A stretch of 64,000 bases of DNA from Gammaproteobacteria bacterium (GTDB lineage: Bacteria; Pseudomonadota; Gammaproteobacteria; Natronospirales; DASSBR01): the NCBI GenBank assembly GCA_035690945.1, contig DASSJY010000003.1, positions 8,900 through 72,899 on the forward strand. The letters run 5' to 3'. Within the stretch, counting starts at the first letter, position 1. Each line of letters starts with the position of its first letter. The position numbers and the translations under genes were made by a program. Shown one piece after another: positions 63,601-64,000 of the stretch. The notes beneath the pieces are model-generated. The model was given only the letters and a program-made list of their open reading frames with translations. It was not told where the DNA came from and did no database searches.

Positions 63601-64000
63601 GTGCAGGTGGCCTACCGCTACCGGCTGCTGACGCTCCCGGTAATCGTGTTGATCATGGTGTCTTCGGCCTTTGCGAAAGATGGCTTTCAGGAGCATTGGT
63701 ACCGGGCGGCTGTAAATCACGTCGATTCACATTTGTGGGTGCTGCTGATTAGCCGGGATGGCCTGCGTTACGTGCGTCGACTCGATCTGCTGTCGTTAGG
63801 CCTTCCGGTGCCTGAGGCGACGCCGGTGCGGCACGCCAGCGAGATCTATTATCCGGCGTCGGCTTTGGACAATGTCGCTCTATATATCGACCAGCGGGAT
63901 CGGCGCATCTATTTTGTCGATGGAAACCGGCCTGAAATCGCCAAGCCGCCGTCAGCCGATTTGCTGCTTACGGTGACGATTGACGGGCGCCGCCTCAAGA
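63601..64000 (+). CDS. Fimbrial usher-like protein, N-terminal fragment (continues beyond the window)
   Basis: My translation from the GTG at 63601 is VQVAYRYRLLTLPVIVLIMVSSAFAKDGFQEHWY...DLLLTVTIDGRRLK. It has a signal-like N-terminus and an L-L-T-V-x-I-D/N-G segment typical of usher N-domains. The frame is open to the window end. The start codon is uncertain (GTG 63601/63607 or ATG ~63655). Confidence 0.5.
   Translation, partial: MQVAYRYRLLTLPVIVLIMVSSAFAKDGFQEHWYRAAVNHVDSHLWVLLISRDGLRYVRRLDLLSLGLPVPEATPVRHASEIYYPASALDNVALYIDQRDRRIYFVDGNRPEIAKPPSADLLLTVTIDGRRLK

Overview
High-G+C proteobacterial chromosome segment. The gene order looks gammaproteobacterial: yibN-grxC-secB-gpsA lies opposite gpmI-envC-yibQ, with trmL nearby. 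Contents from left to right follow. (1) nt 1-14950: a complete minus-strand MSHA-type type IVa pilus locus (mshI, I2, J, K, L, M, N, E, G, F, one extra membrane gene, two tandem pilins, mshC, D, O, P). It ends in an MshQ-position secreted PKD-repeat gene that runs off the window and is absent from the ORF track. (2) 15.0-27.4 kb: a housekeeping block with class-1 pyrD, trmL, aceA-aceB, gpsA, secB, grxC, yibN-like, gpmI, envC, a DipZ-like thioredoxin-fold protein, yibQ and a GlyGly-CTERM lipoprotein. (3) 27.5-31.4 kb: an XRE regulator and ubiE-ubiJ-ubiB. (4) 31.5-38.9 kb: a two-kinase operon that includes a ~1900-aa soluble hybrid kinase built on about 20 tandem HAMP domains (276-nt DNA period). 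(5) 38.9-43.3 kb: an NHEJ operon, ligD plus two tandem ku paralogues. (6) A TPR membrane protein. (7) 45.2-55.1 kb: a visibly AT-richer, co-directional island. It carries an HNH nuclease, a PHP-phosphoesterase/ABC-ATPase fusion with a translationally coupled 94-aa partner, and a 1972-aa transglutaminase-like/DUF4011/SF1-helicase/Vsr-like nuclease/DUF3320 protein. A 5'-truncated DUF4143 ATPase gene bracketed by a 22-nt direct repeat lies next to it. This is my best candidate for a defence island with undescribed components. (8) An ECF sigma/ChrR-type anti-sigma pair. (9) 57.8-64.0 kb: two c-di-GMP-I (GEMM-I) riboswitch aptamers on the plus strand. One leads a PAS hybrid kinase + REC-EAL phosphodiesterase operon; the other leads a Csu/SCPU-type chaperone-usher pilus operon. 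I recognised no rRNA, tRNA, CRISPR array, transposase or integrase. All calls come from reading the sequence and translations; no database search was run.
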